A stretch of 59,242 nt of DNA. It comes from a virus (Duplodnaviria > Caudoviricetes). Below, piece after piece: positions 59,013 to 59,242 of the stretch. Below the pieces are notes generated by a model that saw only the letters and a program-made list of their open reading frames with translations, did no database searches and had not been told where the DNA came from. The stretch covers positions 1-59,242 of IMG/VR virus record IMGVR_UViG_3300046170_000277. One strand, 5' to 3'. The translations under genes and the position numbers were made by a program. The first letter of the stretch is position 1, and every line of letters starts with the position of its first letter.

Positions 59013-59242
59013 TTATTCACTGGCTTCAAAAGTCTTCATGATTTCATGCACTTGTTCCACATTCCTGACGATATGATAAATACCACCACCACGTTCAAAC
59101 TCCTTCTGGAATTCCTTCTGCTTCTCTGTCTGCCTGCCCTTGTCAGTCTTGACTTCCAGAGCCACAGCAGTGCCCTTGAACATTGCCAGGATGTCCGCAA
59201 AGCCTGCCATTGAATTTGGTCTGAAGGTGCCATCTTGGAGAG
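59013..59242 (-). CDS. VRR-NUC (PD-(D/E)xK) nuclease, 5' truncated
   Basis: GFADI...ALEVKTDKGRQTEKQKEFQ...GGIYHIVR. Confidence 0.85.
   Translation of the reverse strand, partial: LQDGTFRPNSMAGFADILAMFKGTAVALEVKTDKGRQTEKQKEFQKEFERGGGIYHIVRNVEQVHEIMKTFEASE

Overview
The window is most of a temperate, long-tailed (siphovirus-like) dsDNA phage genome in excised form. At the left end are a truncated XRE-like HTH gene, a tyrosine integrase and an intact attP whose core is the 3' half of a tRNA-Arg(UCU). The + strand carries a degenerate QueE-like gene, two ParB-like genes, terminase, portal, minor head and scaffold genes. After a ~9.6 kb interruption come capsid, neck, tail tube, a -1 frameshifted tail chaperone, tape measure, fibre and lysis genes. 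Three islands of short - strand genes (about 2.0-7.8, 18.4-25.9 and 54.2-59.2 kb) share a repeated architecture. It has sigma70-like promoters with a T(T/A)CAC-N5-GTGAA palindrome, an AAACCCAAACC leader box, and a ~50-nt structured element placed just after stop codons in ten copies. The element shows covariation for two mutually exclusive pairings, and some genes are flanked by near-identical copies as if they were exchangeable cassettes. This is the best candidate for an undescribed system. A multibranched RNA upstream of an HNH gene is a second candidate. Seven same-sign +1 frameshifts in otherwise intact genes are probably sequencing errors. All family assignments come from motif recognition by eye; no searches were run.
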